A stretch of DNA of 64,000 nt from Candidatus Latescibacterota bacterium (GTDB lineage: Bacteria; Latescibacterota; UBA2968; SICM01). Shown here in pieces: positions 19,557-30,100 of the stretch. Within the stretch, counting starts at the first letter, position 1; every line of letters begins with the position of its first letter. The DNA lies in contig CBDCJO010000002.1 of the NCBI GenBank assembly GCA_965217865.1, positions 3,360,001-3,424,000 of the forward strand, written 5' to 3'. The notes under the pieces were generated by a model. That model saw only the letters and a list, made by a program, of their open reading frames with translations. It was not told the DNA's origin and did not search any database. The translations under genes and the position numbers were made by a program.

Positions 19557-20753
19557 ATGTCCATGGTCCTTGGGATGGGTTTGGCCGGTTCCCTTGCAGC
19601 GTTGACCGCCCTTTCCCCGGTTTCGGGTCAGGAATATCAGCGCATCCCTGCGGCCATCCACCTGCACAGCACCTTCAGCAACGGCATCTACAGTCCGGGA
19701 CAGTTGGTGGAGATCGCTCAATCCGCGGGTATCCGGGTCGTTATCGTGACCGACCACGATACGATGCGGTTCGACTTCGGCCTTCCGCTGATGCCCTGGC
19801 TGACTAGCCGAATCGCCTGGCCGATTATCGCGTCGATGATGGACCACGGCACGTCGATTTCGGAAGAGGGATCTGAGGATTACCTTTCCCGCCTGGAGGC
19901 GGTCGGGAGGGAATATCCGGAAATGGTGGTCCTTCCCGGCGTGGAGGCGATCCCCTTCTTTTACTGGAAAGGCGATCTCTGGGACGGAACCCTGACCTTA
20001 GCGAGGGGAAACGAACACATCATGGTCATCGGCCTCGAAAGTCAGGAGGACTTCGTGAAGAATCTGTTCGGGTTGACGCCAATCTCGCCGCCTGGCGGCC
20101 GTGTCCGGAAGTATTTCCATCACATTATCCGCCTTCCCTATGTCCTGCCGGACCTGGGGTTGATCACCCAGCCGTGCCTCAATATCATCGACGCGTTGAC
20201 CGGCCAGACGCACCGGGAATGGGATGGGAGAGGTCGGATCTGTAATGCTTTGATCGCCGGGGATCAGGTGACGGCAACGGACGCGTGCGGCGCACACCTG
20301 ATGGGGCATGATCCCACGACGGACTGGCCCACGCCCCCCTTCCGGAGAGACCGAAACCATTTGTTGATCGCAGCCAAGCGGGGTTTCGGAACCGTGGACC
20401 TGAATGAGATCGACTTCGAGAGTGAAGTTAGGGCCCCCCTGGCGGAGTTCGATTCCGCGGAGACCGATACGCCTGAGACGGTTTTGAGCTGGCGCAAGAC
20501 AACCTGCGAACAAGCCTTGTTCTATCTGGATCAGAAAAAGGATATCGTAGATCGATTCCGGGGGGAGTTCGTCTTCCTTCAGGATGGAAAGGTTGTCTGG
20601 AGCGGGGACAATCCGTACCGGCTTCCCAGCAGAAGGCAATTGTGCGGAGACCACAAGGAGAAGGCCCTCTGGCTGAAACTCGTGGACCCGGATGAAGTGG
20701 AAGGGGAACAGTATCAGGTCTACGATCAGGTCCTGGCCGGGATGGCAGCGTAA
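19557..20753 (+). CDS. Chimeric ORF: N-terminal half of an exported PHP-domain protein fused to the C-terminal half of a DUF362-like protein
   Basis: Signal-like N-terminus, IHLHSTFSNG, TDHD, PGVE; from about 20055 KNLFGL, LNIIDA, LIAGD..ATDA....LMGHDP. Confidence 0.65.
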   Translation: MSMVLGMGLAGSLAALTALSPVSGQEYQRIPAAIHLHSTFSNGIYSPGQLVEIAQSAGIRVVIVTDHDTMRFDFGLPLMPWLTSRIAWPIIASMMDHGTSISEEGSEDYLSRLEAVGREYPEMVVLPGVEAIPFFYWKGDLWDGTLTLARGNEHIMVIGLESQEDFVKNLFGLTPISPPGGRVRKYFHHIIRLPYVLPDLGLITQPCLNIIDALTGQTHREWDGRGRICNALIAGDQVTATDACGAHLMGHDPTTDWPTPPFRRDRNHLLIAAKRGFGTVDLNEIDFESEVRAPLAEFDSAETDTPETVLSWRKTTCEQALFYLDQKKDIVDRFRGEFVFLQDGKVVWSGDNPYRLPSRRQLCGDHKEKALWLKLVDPDEVEGEQYQVYDQVLAGMAA

Positions 20754-21044
20754 GGGAGGGGAAATTGCAAGGTGAAAAATGCAAAATGGAAAATGTAAAT
20801 TAAAAGGCAGGAGCAGCAACTGGGGTCGGGGATGGAAGGATGGTTTTAACGAACATATAAAGTTCGATCGGGTGTCAAACCTAACCCCCTGCGCCCCCTT
20901 CCCGAAGCGGGAAGGGGGATGGCGCTTATATTTTAGCCAAATTTCAAACACGTGATCTCCCTTCTCATAATGAATACATCCTGAGCGGAGTTCCGCGTCT
21001 TTTGCGGAACGCAGTCGAAGGACGGCTGGGTCGGAGGTCAAGGA

Positions 21045-21165
21045 AATTGAATATTGAAGATAATTGAATATTGAAGATTGAAGATTGAAGATTGAAGAGA
21101 TCCATATAGCCACAAGAAAGTCCTGAGGTTTTCAAATATTCAATTCTACGATATTCAATCTTCAA
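21045..21165. repeat. Inverted heptamer array (TTGAAGA/TTGAATA arm facing TATTCAA/TCTTCAA arm)
   Basis: Tandem heptamers at about 21045-21097 and complementary heptamers at about 21130-21165. Confidence 0.8.
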
Positions 21166-21181
21166 TGATTCGAGGAGATCC

Positions 21182-21663
21182 GTGAAGACGATTATCGTCG
21201 TGGCGATAAGTTCCAACGGGATCATCGGGGATCGAGGCGGGCGCCCCTGGCATTATACGCAGGATATGAAGCGGTTTAGGAGACTCACGATGGGCCATCC
21301 GGTCGTGATGGGGCGTGACGGCCGAACATCGTGTTGACCAGGAATTCGGCCTACGTGGCCCCGGACGGGGTGAAGGTATGCTCGAGCCTGGAAGAGGCAA
21401 AGGCGACTTGTGAGGGGATGGGGGCGGAAAAGATGTTCGTAATTGGGGGCGCGGAGATCTACGAGCTCGCTCTTCCGGAAACCGACGAAATGGAGGTCAC
21501 CTATATCCCTGAAGAGGTCCGGGGAGACACGGTTTTTTCGGAATGGGACCCATCCGAATGGGAGGCTGTGGAATCCCGGGAGTCTGAGGATGGGCTTCGT
21601 TTTGTGACCTACAGACGAGGCCAGGGGGGGAGGGAAATGGAAAATGAAAAATGTAAAATGTAA
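21182..21663 (+). pseudogene. folA: Dihydrofolate reductase with internal deletion and frameshift
   Basis: GTG 21182 (RBS GAGGAG) gives MKTIIVVAISSNGIIGDRGGRPWH..DMKRFRRLTMGHPVVMGR. The usual KT.ES...PL segment is missing and the frame shifts to NIVLTRN..FVIGGAEIYE..GDTVF. Confidence 0.85.
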
Positions 21664-22157
21664 AATTGAAAATGCAAAAGTCAGGGGCCAGGGAATGCAA
21701 ATTTAAGGACTGGCCGGCGCTGAGCTAAGCAGGCCAGAGATAGGAGGAGGACAGAAAGTCGGACCGTCAGGTGCCGGCTTTTTCCTTAAGTAGGGGGGGA
21801 TTGCAAGTGCAAGTGCAAGTTGCAAAGTGAAAAATGCAAAATTGAAAGGCTCTCAGCCTTTGGGAGTCGCCAAAGAGATTTTGGTAGGAGCCGCCTCCCG
21901 GTGGCGGAAGCCGGTGGATCGTGATTCGGTGATCGGGAACTCCGGATTTCAAGATTTGATACTCCCCTTGGATTCTGTGGGACCCGACTCCAGTCGGGGA
22001 ATTAGGGCATCGGCCAAAAGGAAAATCCCCGTTCGTCAGCAGGAGCTGAAACCCACCCCCACCCCAGTTTCTGAATTTCCGGGAAGGGACGGTATGTGGG
22101 TAAACCAGGAAACCCTATGAATCGCCAAGCACTAAATATGAATCAAGGAGTAACGAA

Positions 22158-22691
22158 TTGAGATTCGCCCGTGCGTACATCCGGTTCGCGGATGGCCTGA
22201 ACGAAAAGATTGGGGCCGGGGTGTCGTGGTTGACTACGGTTCTGGTCCTCGTGGTCTGCTACGATGTCTTTACCCGTTATCTGCTGAAGAACAGCGTCGT
22301 GGCCGTGCAGGAACTGGAATGGCATCTGTTGGCGGTTATTTTTCTGATAGGCGCGGGCTATACCCTAAAACACGGACGGCACGTCCGGGTGGACGTGTTT
22401 TACGGACAGTTTTCCATCAGGACGAAGGCATGGGTCGATCTTCTGGGCAGTCTCCTTTTTTTAATCCCTTTTTGTCTCTTGGCGATCTGGAGCTCGCAGC
22501 AATTTGTGTTTAACGCCTTCACGATCGGCGAAACTTCGCCTGACCCCGGCGGGCTTCCTGCCCGGTTTGTGTTGAAATCCGCAATCCCTCTCGGTTTTTT
22601 TCTTGTCCTGATTCAGGGGGTTTCCGTGGTTTTCCAATCTTTTTTAAAGATTCTGGGATCCGGCGGTGACAGGAAGGAGTGCCGAGAATGA
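22158..22691 (+). CDS. TRAP transporter small permease (DctQ family)
   Basis: QELEWHL, GYTL...HVRVD, GETSPDPGGLP; four TM helices. Confidence 0.93.
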   Translation: MRFARAYIRFADGLNEKIGAGVSWLTTVLVLVVCYDVFTRYLLKNSVVAVQELEWHLLAVIFLIGAGYTLKHGRHVRVDVFYGQFSIRTKAWVDLLGSLLFLIPFCLLAIWSSQQFVFNAFTIGETSPDPGGLPARFVLKSAIPLGFFLVLIQGVSVVFQSFLKILGSGGDRKECRE

Positions 22692-24007
22692 CCGAGGCCA
22701 TGCCCCTGATTCTTTTCGCGGCGCTTTTCGTCCTCCTGCTGTTCGGTTACCCGGTCGCTTTCACGCTCGGGGGGCTTTCGATCATCCTTGGGGCTTTATC
22801 GTTCGGGATGGATTTCTTCAACCTGCTCCCTCTGCGCATATGGGGGGTGATGACCAACTATGTCCTGATTGCGGTCCCGCTTTTCGTGTACATGGGCGTG
22901 ATGCTGGAGAAGTCGGGTCTTGCGGAGGCGCTGCTGGAGACGATGGCGCTTCTATTCGGCAGGCTGCGGGGGGGGCTGGCGATTTCGGTGGTGGTCGTGG
23001 GGGCTATGCTGGGGGCTTCGACGGGCATCGTGGGGGCGACCGTGGTCACGATGGGTCTGCTAAGTCTTCCCACGATGATCAAGAGGGGCTACAGTCCGGA
23101 ACTGTCGACGGGAACGATTTCGGCATCCGGTACCCTGGGCCAGATTATCCCCCCAAGCATTGTCCTTGTGCTGCTGGGGAGTATTTTGAACGTGTCTATC
23201 GGCGACATGTTCATCGGTGCGGTGATTCCAGGTTTTGTCCTGGTATTTCTGTACGTTGTGTGGATCGTTACGATCGCTTTGACCCGGCCTGAATCGGCTC
23301 CCGCGATGCCCAGGGAGGAGCTCGATCTGTTCAGGAGTGAGGCCATGGTGAAAAGGATCGTGCAGGCGTTCATTCTGCCTTTCGCTCTGATTCTTGCCGT
23401 GTTGGGATCGATTTTCGCGGGGATCGCTTCGCCGACCGAGGCCGCAGCGGTCGGGGCTCTGGGCGCCACGCTTCTGACGATCCTTCAGGGAAAGTTTTCA
23501 TATCAGACGTTGAAATCGGTCATGGCCGGAACGACTCATCTGACCTGTATGGTGTTCATCATCCTGGTGGGCGCCACCTCTTTCGGCCTGGTGTTCAGGG
23601 GAATGAACGGGGACCAGTACCTCACGGATCTCATCGTTGGGGCCCAGATGGGGCCCAATACTTTCCTGTGCCTCGTGATGGTCGTCATCTTCATCGCGGG
23701 ATTTTTCATCGATTTTATAGAAATCACGTTCATCATCGTGCCTGTGGTCGCACCCATCTTCGCCGCGTTCGGGGTGGACATGCTCTGGTTGGGGATCCTG
23801 ATCGCGATGAACCTGCAGACTTCGTTTTTAACACCTCCTTTCGGGTTCTCGCTTTTTTATCTCAAGGGGGTGGCCCCTCCCGGTATTCGAACGGCTCACA
23901 TCTACCGGGGGATCATTCCGTTTATCGGCATCCAGCTGGTGGGGTTGGCCCTTGTCATCCTCTTTCCCAAAATGGCCACGTGGCTGCCGGAATATCTATT
24001 GAAATAA
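22688..24007 (+). CDS. TRAP transporter large permease (DctM family)
   Basis: GYPVAFTL, ASGTLGQIIPPS, PTEAAA, NLQTSFLTPPFG. ATG 22688 overlaps the dctQ stop codon. Confidence 0.95.
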   Translation: MTEAMPLILFAALFVLLLFGYPVAFTLGGLSIILGALSFGMDFFNLLPLRIWGVMTNYVLIAVPLFVYMGVMLEKSGLAEALLETMALLFGRLRGGLAISVVVVGAMLGASTGIVGATVVTMGLLSLPTMIKRGYSPELSTGTISASGTLGQIIPPSIVLVLLGSILNVSIGDMFIGAVIPGFVLVFLYVVWIVTIALTRPESAPAMPREELDLFRSEAMVKRIVQAFILPFALILAVLGSIFAGIASPTEAAAVGALGATLLTILQGKFSYQTLKSVMAGTTHLTCMVFIILVGATSFGLVFRGMNGDQYLTDLIVGAQMGPNTFLCLVMVVIFIAGFFIDFIEITFIIVPVVAPIFAAFGVDMLWLGILIAMNLQTSFLTPPFGFSLFYLKGVAPPGIRTAHIYRGIIPFIGIQLVGLALVILFPKMATWLPEYLLK

Positions 24008-24049
24008 ATCTTCCAGGTTTTTCCCCGCCACACTATAGAGGATAATTTT

Positions 24050-24395
24050 ATGAAGTACTAAAGATATCATCACGATCTCGCCGGGAAAGCGGGGGGGGAA
24101 GCCTTGTATTCGAGGAATGAGAATAACAGTATATGATATCCTCGAATACCTTGCTTCCGATATGACTCATAAGGAAATCCTTGAGGAATTTCCCTATCTT
24201 ACAAAGGAAGATATTTTGGCATGTCTCAGCTATGCTGCTGACGCTGGCCTGTGGAAGCCTACCGGTTTCGATTCAGGAGGCGAGATGATAATGGGACGTC
24301 TGGTCATGCTCCCTCACCCCGCCTCGCAAGGCTCAGCACCCCTCTCCCGAGTGCCGGGAGAGGGGGGGAAATCGGATGATCTGATTGTTTCATAA
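24050..24395 (+). pseudogene. DUF433 antitoxin-like gene, frameshifted after codon 3
   Basis: ATG AAG TAC TAA; the +1 frame reads KDIITISPGKRGGKPCIRGMRITVYDILEYLAS..EILEEFPYLT.EDI.ACL.YAA, then runs on into unrelated repeat sequence. Confidence 0.8.
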
Positions 24396-24487
24396 AGAGA
24401 ACAAATAGGTTCTTAATAGTATGTAAAATGGATGTCATCGTCCCCTTCTCCTGCTAAGCGGGAGAAGGGGATACAGGGGATGAGGGC
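24311..24487. repeat. Pair of CCCTCACCCC..CTCTCCC..GGGAGAGGG-type REP-like elements in inverted orientation
   Basis: Elements at about 24311-24368 and 24441-24487; a related copy lies at about 20880-20918. Confidence 0.6.
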
Positions 24488-24763
24488 GTTGAATGAAAAA
24501 GGAGAAATGAACGCATTCCGTCCGGAAATAGGTGGAAGTAAAATCACGAATTTCCTCACCCCACCTTGAGTCGGCGCCTACCGCCTTCCGCGATACGTTT
24601 TAAGACATTCGTCCATCACATCTGCCTTTCGAGCTGTGCTCTCCCCGGTCGATTCACACCCCCAGGCCCAGGAACTGGTACACGATAGTCTGAATCAGAG
24701 GCTTGTGAGCGTGGGGTGGGAGCAGGGTTTCTGGGGCACGTCCATATCAGCGCTCATTCCAAC

Positions 24764-26758
24764 ATGAAACCAGGCTCAGGTCATCAGCCGGCCCCGGAGG
24801 ACAGCGCAATCAACACCCACACGGAACCCCTCGAAAAAAGGCCAGTGGAGACGCCTCCGCTCTCCTCAGGCCTGACTTGGCGGGCAGCCTTTATCGGCCT
24901 TCCTATGTGCAGCCTGCTTGTCTTTTTGGACGTCTCTACCCAGAGCATCGGTAGAACTTCCAGGCTGACGTGGGACGGCTTTGGTGCCGGCGCACTGTTC
25001 CTGCTGTTCACCTTGATCCTGGCCGTCGAGCTGCTGAAACGGATGAAAATCATCCGCTCAGGGATGGAGCCGAGAGAACTCCTGGTCATCTTCTCGATGT
25101 TGATAATCAGCTCGTCCATCCCCACGCTATTCTACGTCCTGCTCCCGGATCTGGCCGGGTTTACCCACTTCAGCGCTGACCAACGTCACATGGGGCGCCT
25201 GGTGGCGCCCCTGCTGCCCGAGGGCCTGACCATCGGCGATCAAGCCGCGGCGGCGGGCTTCTTTAAGGGTCTGGAGTCTGGGGAAAGCGTGCCCTATGGG
25301 GCGTGGGTCGGACCGCTGGTCCTATGGGGGGTGCTGCTCGGAGTGTTCTATTTTACCATGATGGCGCTGTTGGTGATCGTGCGGAAGCGATGGATCGAGC
25401 AGGAGCGGATCGCCTTTCCGATGGCGCAGCTACCCCTGTCCCTGATCGAGGGGACGGCCGGCGAGCGGGCCCTTCTTCGCAACGGGGTCTTCTGGTGGGG
25501 ATTTGCGATACCCGCACTGATCGGTCTGAACGGTATCCTGCGTTCCTTTCTTCCCTCCATCCCCCCGATCAACCTCTCCACCTACATCCGTTTCTACCGC
25601 AACTCGATGTGGTTGGGCTTCTACACCAATTTTCTCGTCCTGGGCATCAGCTATCTGGTCTCCCTGGAGATCCTGGGGAGCATCCTCCTCTTCAACTTGA
25701 TCGCCCACGTGCAGATCTTCCTGATCCTGGTCACGGGCAGCCCCATCATGACCAGCATGCCTCGTCCCCCCGGCGCGTATCATTCACGTCTGCACGAGCA
25801 GTCTATAGGGGCGCTGCTCGTGATGGTCGGATTCGGGCTGTATGAGGCCCGGGACCACCTAAGGGATGTGTTCCGAAAGGCCTTCGGGTTGGCCCCGGAG
25901 GTGGACGACGAGGATGAGATGCTGTCCTACCAGGCGGCGGTCCTCGGGTTCATCACCGGTGTCGCATTCATCTGCTACTGGCTCCGGCTGACGGGGATCT
26001 CCTGGTGGGTCGTGCCGATCTTCGTAGTGTTGATGCTGGTGACCTTTCTGGGCGTCACGCGCGTCCTGGCCGAAACCGGGGTCGTGCTATTGGCGCCGCT
26101 GAGCCCCATGAATATCCTCATCAATTCGGCGGGCCCGCAGATGCTGGGGGGACCCACTATGGCGGGCTTTCTCCTGGCTCAGCCCTGGACCTTTCCCACA
26201 CGGTCGCACGTCATGGCCAGCGGATCCACGGTCCTGAGGCTGACGCACCGGAGGGGGCGGCGATCCCGACCCCTAATCTATGTGTTCTTTCTGGCGCTTC
26301 TAATAGCGGGCGTCACCGCTGCGGCCACGATGCTGCATTATTCTTACGACGGGGGGGCATACGGGCTACACGGCCCCACGGGCCACGCAATCGTGATCAA
26401 AAGGAACCTGAATTGGTACGGGTCCATCATCAGTGATCCCTCCGAGGGAGAGCCCATTCGCCTCTTCTGGTCGGGCGTCGGGGCAGCCGCAATGGGCCTT
26501 CTCATCCTCGCCCGGAGGCGGCTTTTCTGGTGGCCTTTCTCTCCGGTCGGCTACGTCGTAGGCAACCTCACTCAAACGTGGCCCTGGTGGTGGGACGTCT
26601 TCCTGGCCTGGTTGGTCAAGCGGAACGTGTTGAAATACGGGGGACCGTCGCTCCACGGCAAGGCGCGAGCATTCTTTCTGGGGCTGATCATGGGGGAGGC
26701 CGTGATCGCAAGCGTCCGTGAGATCCTGGATCTCCTCCCATATCTGTTGCAGGAATGA
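24764..26758 (+). CDS. Polytopic membrane protein, DUF6785/DUF6784-like (putative OPT-related transporter)
   Basis: Many TM helices; KRWIEQERIAFP, ELLVIFSML, WWPFSPVGY..FLAWLVK..LKYGG..FFLGLIMGE. Start uncertain (24716 or 24764). Confidence 0.75.
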   Translation: MKPGSGHQPAPEDSAINTHTEPLEKRPVETPPLSSGLTWRAAFIGLPMCSLLVFLDVSTQSIGRTSRLTWDGFGAGALFLLFTLILAVELLKRMKIIRSGMEPRELLVIFSMLIISSSIPTLFYVLLPDLAGFTHFSADQRHMGRLVAPLLPEGLTIGDQAAAAGFFKGLESGESVPYGAWVGPLVLWGVLLGVFYFTMMALLVIVRKRWIEQERIAFPMAQLPLSLIEGTAGERALLRNGVFWWGFAIPALIGLNGILRSFLPSIPPINLSTYIRFYRNSMWLGFYTNFLVLGISYLVSLEILGSILLFNLIAHVQIFLILVTGSPIMTSMPRPPGAYHSRLHEQSIGALLVMVGFGLYEARDHLRDVFRKAFGLAPEVDDEDEMLSYQAAVLGFITGVAFICYWLRLTGISWWVVPIFVVLMLVTFLGVTRVLAETGVVLLAPLSPMNILINSAGPQMLGGPTMAGFLLAQPWTFPTRSHVMASGSTVLRLTHRRGRRSRPLIYVFFLALLIAGVTAAATMLHYSYDGGAYGLHGPTGHAIVIKRNLNWYGSIISDPSEGEPIRLFWSGVGAAAMGLLILARRRLFWWPFSPVGYVVGNLTQTWPWWWDVFLAWLVKRNVLKYGGPSLHGKARAFFLGLIMGEAVIASVREILDLLPYLLQE

Positions 26759-26760
26759 TT

Positions 26761-27144
26761 TTAGATGTGTCCGGTCTGAGGGATGGAGCTTTTCAGGTAA
26801 TCCGCCCGCGTACTGGGGGCCTTGCCCGGGATGTTCTTTTGCCGGTGTTTCTGACACCGCTGTCGCAAAGTCAGTGGAGGACCTCCTGTGCGACCCCGAC
26901 CTAACCGCCCGGGTTGCCATCGGTGATGAGCAGCAGGGGGGCCTTGAGCGCTCGTCTGATCATCTCCTGCAGAAACGTCTTCCAGTTCTCGGAGCTCTCC
27001 CCCGATGACCCGGTCCCGCGCCCAAAAACATCTTGCTCCCGTCGCTTCGGATTCCGTACGCGACCAGAACCGGTTCCTTCCGCTCGGATTCCACTCGGAA
27101 TTCGACGCAGGCTCCGTCCAAAAACAGAAAGCCGATAGGTAGCA
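26761..27144 (-). mobile_element. IS256-family transposase remnant (multiply frameshifted)
   Basis: Across frames: FLFLDG..KEPVLVAYGIRSDGSK, ESSENWKTFLQEMIRR.LKAPLLLITDGNPG, QRCQKHRQKNI, i.e. the first two Asp of DDE and the CxxH motif. Confidence 0.85.
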
Positions 27145-30100
27145 ATGGCTGGTTCTCCACACATCTCTCTTCGCATCTTCGGCAGGCTCGGCCTGGTGGC
27201 CCTTCTTTTCTGCGTGCTGGTTCTCGTGGTTGATTTCTTCCGTGGCCTGTCCACGGGGATCTCCTCGGTACCGGCCGAAAAATCCAGAGAGATCGTAGAG
27301 GCCGTTTTTCTCCCTGATGTATCGGCCGAACGTCTTCGCCGGACAGTGTCGCGTCTTTCGTCGCTTGAGTCCCGTGTGACGGGCTATGCGGGGGCCACGG
27401 ATGCGGCCCACTATCTGGAGCGCGAGTTTCGGCGTCTCGGGATGACCGATGTACGTCTGGAGCCGTTCCCCGTGACGGTTCCGATGGACCACGGGGCTTC
27501 CATAACGATTCTGGGGATCGGGGAAGAGATCCCTCTTCGGTGCGTGTGGCCCAATCTGATTCGGACACCGACCACGCTTGGTGTGCGTGGGAACTTGATA
27601 TACGGAGGGGATGGGGAGTTTGCGGATTTTGACGGGAAGGACGTCCGGGGGAATGTGGTGTTGATGGATTTCAACAGCGCGGGCCGCTGGGTGAACGCGG
27701 GGATTCTTGGAGCAGGGGCCGTGGTGTTCATAGCCCCTGACAGCACGACGACGGGTGAGGCGGAGGGCAAGTTTGCAGAGGTGCCGGTGGCGATGCCTCG
27801 TTTCTACGTGGGTCGAGAGGATGGGGATCGCCTGCTGGGACTTTCAGACAGGGGCATGGTGGTGGAGGTTCGGGGGCGAATGACGTGGGAAGTGCTGGAG
27901 GGGTATAATGTAGTGGGTCGGTTTGAGGGCGTTGATCCTGCTTTGCGGGATCAGGAGGTTATGTTATCCGCGTATTACGACGGGATGTCGGTGGTTCCCT
28001 CGTTGGCGCCCGCTGCTGAGATGGCCTGCAGCATAGCGGGTTTGCTCGAGCTGGGTGAAATGCTTCGGGCTCGTCCCCCTTCCCGGACGGTGGTGTTTCT
28101 GGCCACGTCGGGTCACTGTCAGAACCTTCGGGGGATCGACGCGTTTATGCAGCGACACAGCCGAAAGAGGGAGGACGCGACTGACCTGATGATCGAGCCT
28201 CTGTTTCCGAAGCTTTTTCTGGGTCTGGACCTATCGAGCTGGAATACCGGATTGGCCGTTTGGGATTCGCGGGAGAAGATGGGGGCAACCCAGTTCGCCC
28301 ATTCGAAGAGTTTCTTCGGGGTTTCGCTCGGCCGACGTCTGGCCGGAATGGCCGAGGGGGTGGCAGAGCGCATGGGGAAGGAGGTCGAGGATATCTTCGT
28401 CAACGTGATCGCGTCGCAGCAGAGCGATAAGGCCTGGGGGATGGTTTTTCCGGGCCGGCCCCTCGCGATTGAGAGCGAGTATGCCCTGGCGTGCGGGACA
28501 CCGGCGCTTTCGCTGATCACCTCATATGACGCCCGTCTGCGGGTGGACTCTCCGCTGGACCGGATCGAAGGTGTCAACTTCGACAACCTCCGGACGCAGA
28601 TGGTGTTCATCGGGGGGTTCCTGACCCGGGTCCTCAACGACCCCGGTGCGCTGGACGATGTTATCAACCTGGATATGGGGGACAAGGCGTGGGGGGTCAA
28701 GGGCCGAGTGAAGGCCTTTTCGCGGTACGCCATTACGCCGGACATCGAGCTGGGGGGGGCGGTGGCGGCGCTCCGCTCGGGCCGGGAGTCCAAGTCTCAC
28801 AAGGGCGTGCGAGGGGAGTATATCGAGCTCGCGGACGAACACGGGGTGTTCGAGGTGACCCGGCTTTTCCGCGAGTACGGGCTGGAGGTTCATGCCTTCA
28901 TACTGGACCGGACCACCGGGGATATTACGTTTGCTCCCGACCGGGGCGAGAGTACCTATCCGCTGGAGCTACGGCCGAAGTGGCGGGGAACGGAGCTGCC
29001 TCTTACCGTTCTGTTTCGGTCTGTGCCGACTTCGTTCTACGAGACGGTGGACCCCAGGCAACTGGGCAGGCTGTCCGACATCGTAGTGATGGATGAGGGG
29101 AATTCGGCGCCCTCACACTACGGTTACTTTTTCGAAAAGGCCGACGTGCGGTATCGAGATGAAGAGCCCACCATGGGTGTGGTGTTCACGGAGCCGGGGA
29201 AGCGCGTGAAGCTGACCCTGTCCACGGGGCTGTTCGGGGTCCGGTTCATGCTGTTGAACGTGGGACCCGAGGGCGGAGAGGGCGAAGGTTTCCTGGCCGA
29301 GGAGCCGTCAGCCTTTATGGAGACAGCGTTCACGGCGGCGCGTGACATGTGGCGTCTGGACGAGGGTCGAATACAGGAGCTGAGCTCCTACGGGATCCAG
29401 AACACGCGGTTGACTGCGCTTCACGACAAGGCTGGGGCCCTTCTGAGAAAGGCAGAGGAGGCGAGGGAGGACCGCCGGTGGAGCGACTTTGTGGAGCACG
29501 CTCGCGCTGCCCAGGGCGTTGAGGCGCGTGCGTATCCGGATGTGAAGGGCACGCAGAACGACGTGATCCGGGGTGTGGTGTTCTTTATGGCGATGCTGAT
29601 CCCGTGTGCGTTCTTCGCGGAGCGTCTGGTGTTTGCGTTTCCTGACATCCGGAAGCAGATCGGAGGTTTCTTCCTGTTCTTTTTCGGGGTGTGGATCTGC
29701 CTGAGCGTGGTTCATCCGGCGTTTTCGCTGGCCAATCCCGCGCTGGTGCTGATCGCGTTTTTGATCCTGGCCCTTGCGACGCTCGTGTTGAAGCTGGTAT
29801 CGGGTCGATTCATGGCGCAGATGCGAGCGCTTCGGACGGACGCGGCCGTGGCTCACGGCACGGACATAGGCCGTGGAGGGGCGTTTTACGCGGCGTTTAT
29901 GCTGGGCATCTCGAACATGCGCCGTCGGAGGATGCGCACGGCCTTGACGCTGGCGACGGTCTTGTTGTTGACTTTCACGGTGATGTCTTTTACGTCTTTG
30001 AAGTTCATGCTTCGTCATATGCGGATACCGTGGACGGAGGGTGATTTCCGTGCGGGGGTTTTGATTCGGGATGGCGCCTGGAACATTTTGGACGACTCTG

